DNA from: Ruminococcus sp.
Lineage (GTDB): Bacteria > Bacillota > Clostridia > Oscillospirales > Ruminococcaceae
Direction: 5' to 3'
Length of the DNA stretch: 64,000 nucleotides
Assembly (NCBI GenBank): GCA_021205185.1
Contig: JAJPYB010000011.1
Coordinates: 33,990-97,989, forward strand
Part shown: positions 47,771 through 57,483 of the stretch, piece after piece
How positions within the stretch are numbered: the stretch's first letter is position 1
Layout of the letters: each line of letters starts with the position of its first letter
Made by a program: the position numbers and the translations under genes
The notes under the pieces: generated by a model
Database searches by the model: none
Seen by the model: only the letters and a program-made list of their open reading frames with translations
What the model was told of the DNA's origin: nothing

Positions 47771-47799
47771 ATTATACACGATTTTGCCGCTATGGTCAA
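47771..47799 (-). promoter_or_regulatory. distal promoter candidate for the glycan locus (TTGACC-N17-TATAAT)
   Basis: Plus strand reads ggtcaa at 47794-47799 and attata at 47771-47776. It would give a leader of about 350 nt. Confidence 0.5.
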
Positions 47800-47854
47800 T
47801 ATTAAACTTAAAATTTCGAAGCGTGTTGTTTTGGTACGTTTTTAAAAATATGCT

Positions 47855-47902
47855 AAAATACAAAGAACACAGCAAAGAAGAGTTTTTCCCCCTTGCTGTG
47901 TT
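47855..47902 (-). terminator. rho-independent terminator after ilvC
   Basis: AACACAGCAA...TTGCTGTGTT forms a 10-bp stem with a 17-nt loop, followed on the minus strand by CTTTGTATTTT. Confidence 0.6.
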
Positions 47903-47919
47903 TATATATTAACAATTAT

Positions 47920-48960
<1,041 letters not shown>

Positions 48961-49047
48961 CTAAATGTTTATCATAGAGATTGTATAATCTCACACCAAC
49001 AAAATATTTTACTAGAATTATATTAACGCTCTGTTAATAAAATTTGC

Positions 49048-49554
49048 TTATTTTTTGAACGTCATTGTTTCTGCGCCCTTTTGTATTGCAATAGTACCAG
49101 TTCGTACCTCTTCAATCACTCCATAAGGCTTTGTAATCTCCTCAAATCTCAAAACGTGAGCGTATGTATCCGCTAAAAGAAGCGTCATTGTCGTTTGAGA
49201 AATATCAATTACCTTAGCGCCGGTTATATCCGCAATAGTCAGAATTTCGCTTCTCTTTTCCAAAGGAACCGCAAGCTTTAGCAGCACGAGCTGCCTTTCA
49301 AGCTTTTCTTCCTTTTTAAGCGTTTTTACCTTTATTACGTCCACAAGCTTGTTAAGCTGCTTTTCAACCTGCTCAACTGTATGGTCGTCGCCCGAAACGA
49401 TTATAGTTATTCTTGAAATCTCCGGGTCGTCGGTAACTCCGACTGCCAAGCTGTCAATATTAAAGCCTCTTCTTGAAAACAAGCCTGATATTCTCGACAG
49501 CACTCCTGCATGATTTTCAACCAGAACTGAAATAGTATGCTTCATTGCACTCAT
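49048..49554 (-). CDS. ilvN: acetolactate synthase small (regulatory) subunit
   Basis: 168 aa with an ACT-domain N-terminus HTISVLVENHAGVLSRISGLFSRRGFNI. Confidence 0.9.
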   Translation of the reverse strand: MSAMKHTISVLVENHAGVLSRISGLFSRRGFNIDSLAVGVTDDPEISRITIIVSGDDHTVEQVEKQLNKLVDVIKVKTLKKEEKLERQLVLLKLAVPLEKRSEILTIADITGAKVIDISQTTMTLLLADTYAHVLRFEEITKPYGVIEEVRTGTIAIQKGAETMTFKK

Positions 49555-49580
49555 TTAACTTTCCCTTCCTTTCAAAATTC

Positions 49581-51191
49581 TTAAAGCGTGCTTTCGTCGT
49601 CGTCAACGACGCATTCTACAACGCAAAGTCCTTTTTTGTTTAACTCGTCAAACGCTCTTTCCATACTTGTCTTATCGTTTACCCGAACTCCCCTTATACC
49701 GTAAGCTTCGGCAAGCTTTATAAAGTCGGGCGAGCCGTCAAGCGATACTGCCGAGCGTCTTCCTCCGTAGCCCTTATCCTGAAGCTCTCGCACCATTCCG
49801 AGGTAGTTGTTTTTCATAACGATAATCTTTATGTCAACTCCGTGCTGAACGGCGGTTGCGAGCTCCATAAACGACATCTGAAAGCTTCCGTCACCGCAAA
49901 TAGCTACAACCTCAGACTGCTCGTCCGCCATTTTAGCGCCAATTGCCGCAGGAACTGCATACCCCATAGTACCCATTCCGCCGCTTGTCAGAAATCTTCC
50001 ATCATACATCTTGCAGTTCCGTGCCGCCCATATCTGGTTTTGCCCAACGTCTGCAACTATGTGAGTGTTTCTTGGCAGGTGATCGCTTAAAAGGCTTAAA
50101 AACTCCTTCGGATTTACAGTTCCCTCTTTTGGCTTGGAAAATGGTGGAGCTGTTAAGTAGCCTCTTATCTGTTCTATCCACTCTGTGTGGTCAAGCTGTT
50201 CAGAGTGCTTTAAAATTTGTCCTAAAACAGTTTTCACATCGCCAACCAGCGGAATATCGGCTCGAAGATTTTTTCCAATCTCCGCCGGGTCAATATCTAT
50301 GTGAATTACTCGTGTACTCTTTTCAACCTCGGAAGGGCAGCCTATCGCTCTGTCGCCTACTCTTGCGCCGACTAAAATCAAAACATCGCATTCGCTTACA
50401 GCCCTGTTCGCTACCTTTGAGCCGTGCATACCGAGCATTCCGAAAAAGCGTTTACTGTCGCTCTCGAACGCTGAAATTCCCATCATTGTAGTAATGACTG
50501 GCAAGTCAAACACCTCAGCTAGCCTTCTGGCCTCAGACTTTGCGTTTGACGAGAAAACTCCGCCGCCAACGCAAAGAAGCGGTTTTTTTGCGCTCTTTAT
50601 TTCGCTTACAACTCTTTTAACCTGCAGAGCGTTTCCCTTTTGGGTAGGCTTATAGCTTCTAATTTCAACGCTTTTCGGGTAGGAGAAATCTATAAGCTCG
50701 TTCTGAACGTCCATTGGAACGTCGATAAGCACCGGTCCCGGTCTTCCTGAACCTGCGAGATAAAACGCTTCCTTGAAAATTTTGCCAATCTGACTGCCGT
50801 CCTTTACAAGATACGAATGCTTGATAAAGGGCTCCGCCGCTCCGGTTATATCAGCTTCCTGAAAAGCGTCTGAGCCTATCTGTTCGGAATTTACCTGTCC
50901 TGTAATGCAAATAATAGGTACGCTGTCAGCATAAGCCGTTGCAATAGCAGTTAAAAGGTTTGTAGCTCCCGGACCGCTTGTAGCGATACAAACGGCAGGA
51001 TTGCCTGTAATTCTAGCGTAGCCGTTAGCTATATGACCTCCGTTTACCTCGTGACGAACCAGAACGCTTCTTATATCGCTCTTGTAAATTTCGTCGTAAA
51101 ACGGACATATCGCAGCGCCCGGATATCCAAAGACGACCTTAATTCCCTCTTTTTTCAAACATTCTACCATTGCTTCGCAAACCTTAATCAT
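49581..51191 (-). CDS. ilvB: acetolactate synthase large subunit (ThDP-dependent)
   Basis: The likely start is the ATG at 51191 (SD AAGGAGG): MIKVCEAMVECLKKEGIKVVFGYPG... The track ORF extends to 51242. Confidence 0.9.
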   Translation of the reverse strand: MIKVCEAMVECLKKEGIKVVFGYPGAAICPFYDEIYKSDIRSVLVRHEVNGGHIANGYARITGNPAVCIATSGPGATNLLTAIATAYADSVPIICITGQVNSEQIGSDAFQEADITGAAEPFIKHSYLVKDGSQIGKIFKEAFYLAGSGRPGPVLIDVPMDVQNELIDFSYPKSVEIRSYKPTQKGNALQVKRVVSEIKSAKKPLLCVGGGVFSSNAKSEARRLAEVFDLPVITTMMGISAFESDSKRFFGMLGMHGSKVANRAVSECDVLILVGARVGDRAIGCPSEVEKSTRVIHIDIDPAEIGKNLRADIPLVGDVKTVLGQILKHSEQLDHTEWIEQIRGYLTAPPFSKPKEGTVNPKEFLSLLSDHLPRNTHIVADVGQNQIWAARNCKMYDGRFLTSGGMGTMGYAVPAAIGAKMADEQSEVVAICGDGSFQMSFMELATAVQHGVDIKIIVMKNNYLGMVRELQDKGYGGRRSAVSLDGSPDFIKLAEAYGIRGVRVNDKTSMERAFDELNKKGLCVVECVVDDDESTL

Positions 51192-51282
51192 TAAATGCCG
51201 CCTCCTTAAAGCTAAACGCTTGAAATTCATTAAAAAATGCACAATGGACCTTCGTCAGTCGGGCGAAGGAACATTTCATACA

Positions 51283-51311
51283 ATTATACATCATTTACCG
51301 ATTTATGTCAA
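51283..51311 (-). promoter_or_regulatory. consensus sigma-A promoter for ilvBNC (TTGACA-N17-TATAAT)
   Basis: Plus strand reads tgtcaa at 51306-51311 and attata at 51283-51288. Confidence 0.65.
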
Positions 51312-51313
51312 TT

Positions 51314-51344
51314 AAAAAAAGAAGTCGTGCATAAAGCCGACCTC
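51314..51344 (-). terminator. terminator of the upstream small ORF
   Basis: Minus-strand sense: GAGGTCG-gctttatgca-CGACTTC followed by TTTTTTT. Confidence 0.55.
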
Positions 51345-51362
51345 AAAAAGTTAGAAACCAAA

Positions 51363-51512
51363 TTACATCAAACCGCACTCGTCGTAATCCTTCCACTTTT
51401 CATAATAAGCTTTATTGCTCATAAGCCTATATACAAACAAAGTGACAGACGCCACGACTAATACCAGCGCGCCCATTATTGTCCAAAAGCCTTTGTCAAA
51501 TTTGCCGTTCAT
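51363..51512 (-). CDS. small membrane protein (49 aa), below the ORF-track cutoff
   Basis: My translation: MNGKFDKGFWTIMGALVLVVASVTLFVYRLMSNKAYYEKWKDYDECGLM. It has a strong AAGGAG SD 8 nt upstream and its own terminator. Confidence 0.5.
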   Translation of the reverse strand: MNGKFDKGFWTIMGALVLVVASVTLFVYRLMSNKAYYEKWKDYDECGLM

Positions 51513-51648
51513 AAAAAATCTCCTTTCGGTATACTTCGCACATATTTATCTATTAACATTCTACCACATAATTTAAAAGCTGTCAATGAATACTTTTCCC
51601 TGAAGGGGCATATGTATTTAACATCTTATCAAAAGGAGCTAAAAATTT

Positions 51649-52836
51649 ATGGACAACCTGAAAAAGTATGCGCTAAGAGCCTGCGGGGTAATAACGGCAG
51701 CTGTCTGCGTTCCGATGATACTGCTAGGCGGAATAAATATTTTTCCAAGCGTTATTGACGCCGTTTCAAACGCCTGTAAGTCCTCAGCAGCTTTAAGCTT
51801 TGGCGACAATACGGCGGTTTTTAAAAGTATAGGCAACGCAATAAACGCAACAATTATAGATACGCCCTCTACCGATTACGGAAACATAACTATTAACAAC
51901 AACTCAAAAATTGCTATTGATATGGCGCCGAACGAAACGCAAGCAGGCACAAACAGCAGCAACGCATCGACAATTATAAAAACCGACGAGCTTGCAAAGG
52001 AAAATCCGCTTCCTTATGTTGAAGACCAGGAGGAAAACTGCGGTGCGATAGAACGAGCTACTTATGGCGTATACGACGATACTCAGTTTATAACGCTTGA
52101 CAGCAGCGGACAGGTAAGAAACTGCACCACGCTTTCAAACGAATATCTTCTGGAGGAAAGCAGAGAGTCGCCCGATTTTACCATTGATACAAATTCCGAC
52201 GAACCGCAGGTTTTGATTTACCACACTCACACAACAGAAAGCTTTGAGCCTTACACTCGTGATTTTTACGACACGTCGTTTACATCAAAGACAACCGACG
52301 AAACAAAAAATATGGTTGAAGTCGGCGAGAGAATTTGCGAGCAGCTAAACGCAAACGGCATAGGCTACGTTCACGCAAAAACCATTCACGACTATCCCGA
52401 CTACAACAGCGCTTATGATTTAAGCTATGCAACAGTTGCGTCAATTTTAGAGGAATATCCAACCATCAAGGTAGTGCTTGACATTCACCGTGACGCTATC
52501 GAGCGAAGCGACGGCACAAGAATCGCGCCCGTATGCGAAGTTGACGGAAAGAGCGCCGCACAGCTTATGATTATTTCCTGCGCTGACGACGGTTCGGGCT
52601 ACACGCCTGAATATATGAAAAACTTTCACTTAGCCTGTGCGCTTCAGAATCAGCTTGAGGAGGATTACCCTGAGCTTGCAAGGCCTGTACTTTTCGATTA
52701 CAGAAACTACAACCAGAGTCTTTCAACAGGTGCGCTGCTGATTGAAATAGGTGCGCACGGAAATTCGCTCGAGGAAGCGTTTTATACGGGCGAGCTGCTC
52801 GGAAAATCGCTTTCAAAGCTACTGCTAGGGTTGTGA
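51649..52836 (+). CDS. spoIIP: stage II sporulation protein P
   Basis: 395 aa with an N-terminal TM helix, VLIYHTHTTESF and DIHRDA motifs. Confidence 0.85.
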   Translation: MDNLKKYALRACGVITAAVCVPMILLGGINIFPSVIDAVSNACKSSAALSFGDNTAVFKSIGNAINATIIDTPSTDYGNITINNNSKIAIDMAPNETQAGTNSSNASTIIKTDELAKENPLPYVEDQEENCGAIERATYGVYDDTQFITLDSSGQVRNCTTLSNEYLLEESRESPDFTIDTNSDEPQVLIYHTHTTESFEPYTRDFYDTSFTSKTTDETKNMVEVGERICEQLNANGIGYVHAKTIHDYPDYNSAYDLSYATVASILEEYPTIKVVLDIHRDAIERSDGTRIAPVCEVDGKSAAQLMIISCADDGSGYTPEYMKNFHLACALQNQLEEDYPELARPVLFDYRNYNQSLSTGALLIEIGAHGNSLEEAFYTGELLGKSLSKLLLGL

Positions 52837-52902
52837 GCTGTTAAGTATACTACTTTCCGCATCCTCCATGTTACTAAATTTTTGTAAGTGTCCATAATTG
52901 TT

Positions 52903-52955
52903 GGGGAACATTTTGCCCCTTTTAGAGCGCAAAATGTTCCCCAATTTTTGATTTT
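52903..52955 (+). terminator. rho-independent terminator after spoIIP
   Basis: GGGGAACATTTTGC...GCAAAATGTTCCCC forms a 14-bp stem followed by AATTTTTGATTTTT. Confidence 0.8.
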
Positions 52956-52961
52956 TCTAAA

Positions 52962-52995
52962 CACAAAAAGGCAGCAAGCCTTAAAGCCTGCTGCC
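52962..52995. terminator. hairpin terminator after phoU (usable in both directions)
   Basis: GGCAGCAAGC-cttaaa-GCCTGCTGCC with one mismatch. T-runs follow on both strands. Confidence 0.6.
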
Positions 52996-53008
52996 TTGAA
53001 TTTTACGT

Positions 53009-53677
53009 TTAAAGAACTATTTCATCCTTGCCCTTGCCTGTTATTGAATAGATAACCCACTCTGCCACATTTTGCGCATGGTCGGCAATTCTTTCAAAAT
53101 ACTTAGCTATCATCAAGGTATCAAGAGCGTCGATGCCCTTCGATTCGTTTTCTGACGAAACGATATACTTTACAAGCTGATTCTTTACCTCGTCAAACAT
53201 ATCGTCAACCTCGTCGTCAGCCTTTATAACCTGCTTTGCAATTTCTATATCCTTATCGGTATAGCTTACAACTGACAGCGAAACCATTTTAGCTGCATTT
53301 TCAGCCATTTTTGAAATAAGCTCGATGTTCCAGACGCCTTTCTTGTCGATAAGCTCTAAGTTCAGAACGCTTATATCTCTCGCCTGATCGCCCATTCTTT
53401 CAAGGTCTGTCAGAATCTTAAAGGCTGAGGACACAAATCTCAAATTGTCGGCGAAAATTGGCTGCTGCATAAGCATTATATTTATGCAAAGGCGCTGTAT
53501 TTCGCTTTCCGCTTCGTTGATTTCTTCGTCAAGCGCTATCGCCTGATTGGCAAGCTCTTTATTCTTTTCCTGCAAAGCCTTTGTCGACATTGCAATAATG
53601 CGTTCAACCTTAGTCGCCATTTTAACGACCTTCAAGTTGATGTCGTCCATCTGCATATCAAATTTTTCTCTCATCAC
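53009..53677 (-). CDS. phoU: phosphate signalling complex protein PhoU
   Basis: 222 aa with the two-repeat PhoU helical pattern (..E.E.D.....; ..ERI.DHA.N.AE). Confidence 0.9.
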   Translation of the reverse strand: MMREKFDMQMDDINLKVVKMATKVERIIAMSTKALQEKNKELANQAIALDEEINEAESEIQRLCINIMLMQQPIFADNLRFVSSAFKILTDLERMGDQARDISVLNLELIDKKGVWNIELISKMAENAAKMVSLSVVSYTDKDIEIAKQVIKADDEVDDMFDEVKNQLVKYIVSSENESKGIDALDTLMIAKYFERIADHAQNVAEWVIYSITGKGKDEIVL

Positions 53678-53697
53678 TAAAATCCTTTCTATACAAA

Positions 53698-54462
53698 TTA
53701 ACCGAAATGGCCTGTGATGTAATCTCTTGTTCGACTGTCTGACGGGTCTGAGAAGATTTTCTCAGTAGTATCAAATTCAATAATTTCACCAAGCAGGAAA
53801 AACGCCGTCTTGTCGGCAATTCTCGTTGCCTGCTGCATATTGTGCGTTACAATTATAATTGTGTAGTCCTTCTTTAGCTCCGTGCAAAGCTCCTCGATTT
53901 TAATTGTTGAGATAGGGTCGAGCGCACTTGTCGGCTCGTCCATTAAGATAACCTCAGGCTTTACAGCGAGAGCTCTTGCGATACAAAGTCTTTGCTGCTG
54001 ACCGCCGCTCATTCCGAGAGCTGGCTTTTTAAGTCTGTCCTTGACCTCGTCCCAGATTGAAGCCTGTCTGAGGGACGTTTCTACAATTTCGTCAAGCTTT
54101 GATTTTTTCTTGATACCGTGTGTTCTCGGACCGAAAGCGATATTATCGTAAATGCTCATCGGAAACGGATTTGGCTTCTGAAAAACCATACCTACTCGCT
54201 TTCTGAGCTCGGTAACCTCCATATCCTTGAAAATATCTAATCCGTTAAATTTAATATCTCCGGTTATTTTACAGCCCTCAACCAGATCGTTCATTCTGTT
54301 CAGAGACTTTAGAAGAGTTGATTTTCCGCAGCCTGACGGCCCGATAAAGGCTGTGATTTCGTGTTCTAAAACTGTTAGATTTATATTTTTAAGCGCCTGA
54401 AAATCTCCGTAAAAAAGGTCTACTGAGGACACGTCAAACTTTACATCTGAATTGTTATTCAT
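53698..54462 (-). CDS. pstB: phosphate ABC transporter ATP-binding protein
   Basis: 254 aa with GPSGCGKST and [14 protein letters not shown]. Confidence 0.95.
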   Translation of the reverse strand: MNNNSDVKFDVSSVDLFYGDFQALKNINLTVLEHEITAFIGPSGCGKSTLLKSLNRMNDLVEGCKITGDIKFNGLDIFKDMEVTELRKRVGMVFQKPNPFPMSIYDNIAFGPRTHGIKKKSKLDEIVETSLRQASIWDEVKDRLKKPALGMSGGQQQRLCIARALAVKPEVILMDEPTSALDPISTIKIEELCTELKKDYTIIIVTHNMQQATRIADKTAFFLLGEIIEFDTTEKIFSDPSDSRTRDYITGHFG

Positions 54463-55308
54463 TTACTTATCTCCCTTTGAAAATTTCTTTGCAACCCACG
54501 TTGCCAAAGCATTTAAAAGTAATACTGCAACCATCAGAACAACTGCTGTTGCTGCCGCTTCGTCCATATAAATTCCTTCGCTTGAAAGAGTATACATATG
54601 AACTGCAAGCGTGCTCTGCGAGCTGAACAGTCCGCCAACCTTTGCAACTGTTCCTGATGTAAATACAAGCGCTGCCGTTTCACCGACTATCCTACCTATT
54701 GCTAAAATAATTCCCGATAAAATACCGCTCATAGCGCTTGGAAGAATAATTACAAATATCGTTCTTAGCTTTCCTGCTCCCAATCCGAAGCTACCCTCTC
54801 GGTAGCTGTCGTCAACCGCCTTCAGAGCCTCCTCTGTTGAGCGGATAATAAGCGGAAGAACCATTATTGCCAGAGTGCAGGCACCTGCTAAAAGCGACCG
54901 TCCCCAGTGAAGCGCAAACACGAAAAACATATTTCCGAAAAGTCCGTAAATGATTGAAGGGATTCCCGAAAGAGTTTCGGTAGTAAGACGTACAAGCTTT
55001 ACTGCCTTGTTGCCTCTTTTTGCGTATTCGACAAGATATATAGCGCAGAAAACGCCAATCGGTGCGGCGATAATCATTGAGATCAGCACCATTTCAAAGG
55101 TCGTTATGATTGACGGGAGCATTGAAACATTTTCGGAGTTGTATTCCCATTCAAAAAGCTTCGGACTTAAATGTGGAATACCACGAGCCAGAATGTAGCC
55201 GACAATCATCACGAAAATAAGTACGGTTACAGCTATTGCAATGACTGACAAAATCATAAACACAAAGGACATTGGATGCGCTTTATAGGTTTTCATTTTT
55301 TCACTCAT
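54463..55308 (-). CDS. pstA: phosphate ABC transporter permease PstA
   Basis: 281 aa permease, immediately upstream of pstB. Confidence 0.9.
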   Translation of the reverse strand: MSEKMKTYKAHPMSFVFMILSVIAIAVTVLIFVMIVGYILARGIPHLSPKLFEWEYNSENVSMLPSIITTFEMVLISMIIAAPIGVFCAIYLVEYAKRGNKAVKLVRLTTETLSGIPSIIYGLFGNMFFVFALHWGRSLLAGACTLAIMVLPLIIRSTEEALKAVDDSYREGSFGLGAGKLRTIFVIILPSAMSGILSGIILAIGRIVGETAALVFTSGTVAKVGGLFSSQSTLAVHMYTLSSEGIYMDEAAATAVVLMVAVLLLNALATWVAKKFSKGDK

Positions 55309-55320
55309 ACCAACATCTCC

Positions 55321-56238
55321 TTATGACTTTTTCTTGTTAGTGAGAATACTGAACAAGACATTGATGATAAGGATAAATACGAATAGTACAACGCCAGTTG
55401 CTATCAAAGCGTCGTAATGAAGTCCTGTTGCGTATCCCATTTCTATAACGATGTTGGATGTAAGCGTCCTTATTCCCTGAAGTGGGCTTGTCGCAAAGGC
55501 AGTTGAGTTTCCTGCTACCATTTGCACCGCCATTGTTTCGCCTATCGCTCTGCCTATTGCCAATACAACCGACGCTGCGATTCCGCTTTTAGCCGCAGGG
55601 AAAACGACCTTCGCTACCGCTCTCTCGTGCGTTGCGCCAAGAGCCAAAGCGCCCTCGTAGTAGCTGTCAGGAACCGCTCTTAAAGCAGATTCGCTCATAC
55701 CAACTACTGTCGGTAAAATCATCATTCCTAAAAGAAGCGAAGCAGTCAGAATGCTGTTTCCGTTTCCGCCGAAGGTATTTCTTACAAACGGAACTATGAT
55801 TACCATTCCGAAAAATCCGAAGATGATTGAAGGGATACCTGCGAGCAGGTTTATTGGCGGCTTTAAGAACTTGTAAAGCTTCTTCGGACAAAACTTAGCC
55901 ATAAATATTGCTGTGAAAAGTCCTATCGGAACGCCGACAATTATTGCTCCTGCGGTTATGTAAATCGAGCCTAAAATCATCGGTGCGATTCCAAAGCTCG
56001 GTATTGTATCGTTAGGCTTCCAGATACTTCCGAACAGGAAGTCGAACACTCCGATTTCCTTCATTGCGGGGATGCCGTTGCAGAACATAAACAAGCATAT
56101 TACAACTACCGCAACTATGGACATACAGGCACAGATGAAAAATACTATGTGCATTGCATTTTCAGCAAAGTTCTTTATTCTGTGCTTTTTTGTCAGCTCT
56201 GCGTCCAGGTCAGTCGCAGACAAATTTTTGTTTTTCAA
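55321..56238 (-). CDS. pstC: phosphate ABC transporter permease PstC
   Basis: 305 aa permease, placed by operon order pstS-C-A-B-phoU. Confidence 0.9.
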   Translation of the reverse strand: MKNKNLSATDLDAELTKKHRIKNFAENAMHIVFFICACMSIVAVVVICLFMFCNGIPAMKEIGVFDFLFGSIWKPNDTIPSFGIAPMILGSIYITAGAIIVGVPIGLFTAIFMAKFCPKKLYKFLKPPINLLAGIPSIIFGFFGMVIIVPFVRNTFGGNGNSILTASLLLGMMILPTVVGMSESALRAVPDSYYEGALALGATHERAVAKVVFPAAKSGIAASVVLAIGRAIGETMAVQMVAGNSTAFATSPLQGIRTLTSNIVIEMGYATGLHYDALIATGVVLFVFILIINVLFSILTNKKKS

Positions 56239-56290
56239 GATTTAACACCTCTGCTATGAAAAATATATTGCTTAAACTTTGAACATTCCT

Positions 56291-56336
56291 AAAATAGGCG
56301 AACGGCCAGTCGGCTTTCACCGACCGACCGTTCGGG
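56291..56336 (-). terminator. intra-operon hairpin between pstS and pstC (possible partial terminator or stabiliser)
   Basis: Minus-strand sense: CGAACGGTCGGTCGG-tgaaag-CCGACTGGCCGTTCG followed by CCTATTTT. Confidence 0.45.
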
Positions 56337-56408
56337 GTTTATTGCGTATAAGTTACCCTACACGCTAAAAGGATTAATGGGGGCTGATTTAATGTGTGGG
56401 GAATTTAA

Positions 56409-57290
56409 TTATGCTACGTCTTCCCACTCTGTGATGTCGCCTACATAAATGCTCTTGATTGTTTCGAGTGAAATGTCCTCAAGGTCGTTATTCTTATTTA
56501 CAATTACTGCAATTCCGTCTCTTGCGATTGTTATGCCATCAAGCTCGCTTGCTTCATCATCCTTAAGGTCACGAGAAGCCATACCGATGTCACAACCCTC
56601 TTCTGCTACTGTCTTCATACCACTTGATGAGTCTGTCTGCTGGATTTCGATTGAAACGTCAGAGTTGATCTCTTCATAAGCTTCCTTGAGCTTTGTCATA
56701 AGCGGTGTAACTGACGAGCTTCCTTCGATTTTAATTTCACCGGAAACATCTGCCGCTTCGTAAGCCTCCGCATCATCGTCAATAGTTACATAGCCTTCGT
56801 CTGAAACGATCTGCTGTCCGTCAGCTGAAAGGATAAATGTGATGAAGTCCTGTGCTTGTGCGCTTATATCTCCCTTTGTTGCGATGTTAAAAGGTCTTGC
56901 GATTGCATATTCGTCAGCCTTGATGTTTTCAGCTGTTACCTCTACGCCCTCTACCTTTAAAGCCTTAACGCTGTCGTTGAGAGAACCGAGCGATATGTAA
57001 CCGATTGCATTAACATCTCCTGAAACCTGTGTTAAAACTGCGTCTGTTGATTTTGAAACAAGTGCTGATGAAGAAGTCATATCCGACTTGTTTCCGTCCT
57101 CATCCTCTTCCTGGATTCCAGTAAGCTCGATAAATGCGCTTCTTGTTCCTGAACCGTCTTCTCTTGAAATTACTGTGATTGCACCTGTAGCTCCGCTTTC
57201 TGAATCGTCGTCACTACAGCCTGCTAACATTGTCGTTGCAACAGCAGCTGCTGCAATGATGCTTACTAATCTCTTTACTGTTGTTTTCAT
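56409..57290 (-). CDS. pstS: phosphate-binding lipoprotein PstS
   Basis: 293 aa with lipobox MLAGCS and SREDGSGTR typical of PstS-family binding proteins. Confidence 0.9.
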   Translation of the reverse strand: MKTTVKRLVSIIAAAAVATTMLAGCSDDDSESGATGAITVISREDGSGTRSAFIELTGIQEEDEDGNKSDMTSSSALVSKSTDAVLTQVSGDVNAIGYISLGSLNDSVKALKVEGVEVTAENIKADEYAIARPFNIATKGDISAQAQDFITFILSADGQQIVSDEGYVTIDDDAEAYEAADVSGEIKIEGSSSVTPLMTKLKEAYEEINSDVSIEIQQTDSSSGMKTVAEEGCDIGMASRDLKDDEASELDGITIARDGIAVIVNKNNDLEDISLETIKSIYVGDITEWEDVA

Positions 57291-57390
57291 TTTTCTTTCT
57301 CCTTGTTACTTTTTGACTTTTAAACCTGTTACTTGTTCATTCGTCATTTCTTATTTTACAGAACGACAGTAAAATCCATAACCACGCAGG

Positions 57391-57407
57391 TGTAAAGTAA
57401 ATGTAAA
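57391..57407 (-). promoter_or_regulatory. Pho-box-like direct repeat upstream of pstS
   Basis: Minus-strand sense: TTTACA-tttac-TTTACA. Two TT(A/T/C)ACA hexamers with a 5-nt spacer match the Bacillus-type PhoP site. A TTTACT -10-like hexamer lies 17 nt downstream. Confidence 0.5.
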
Positions 57408-57424
57408 AACTGAAAAAGTTATTG

Positions 57425-57453
57425 TTGCAATAAATTAGTGGGTATGATATAAT
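57425..57453 (+). promoter_or_regulatory. promoter candidate (TTGCAA-N17-TATAAT, TGn-extended) for the PAP2-M15 gene
   Basis: ttgcaa at 57425-57430 and tataat at 57448-57453, 30 nt upstream of the start. Confidence 0.55.
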
Positions 57454-57483
57454 GTATTCAATACATGATGAAGGGATTTTTTA

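Noticed and set aside
47430-47900. Invertible promoter (Bacteroides-style) in front of the glycan locus.
   Set aside because: I found only a weak imperfect inverted repeat (tgcatttttggc near 47599 versus the complement of agcaaaaaatgca near 47686). There is no promoter between its arms and no recombinase gene nearby.
51192-51282. T-box riboswitch or leader-peptide attenuator upstream of ilvB.
   Set aside because: The leader is only ~85 nt, with no specifier-loop or T-box sequence and no small ORF.
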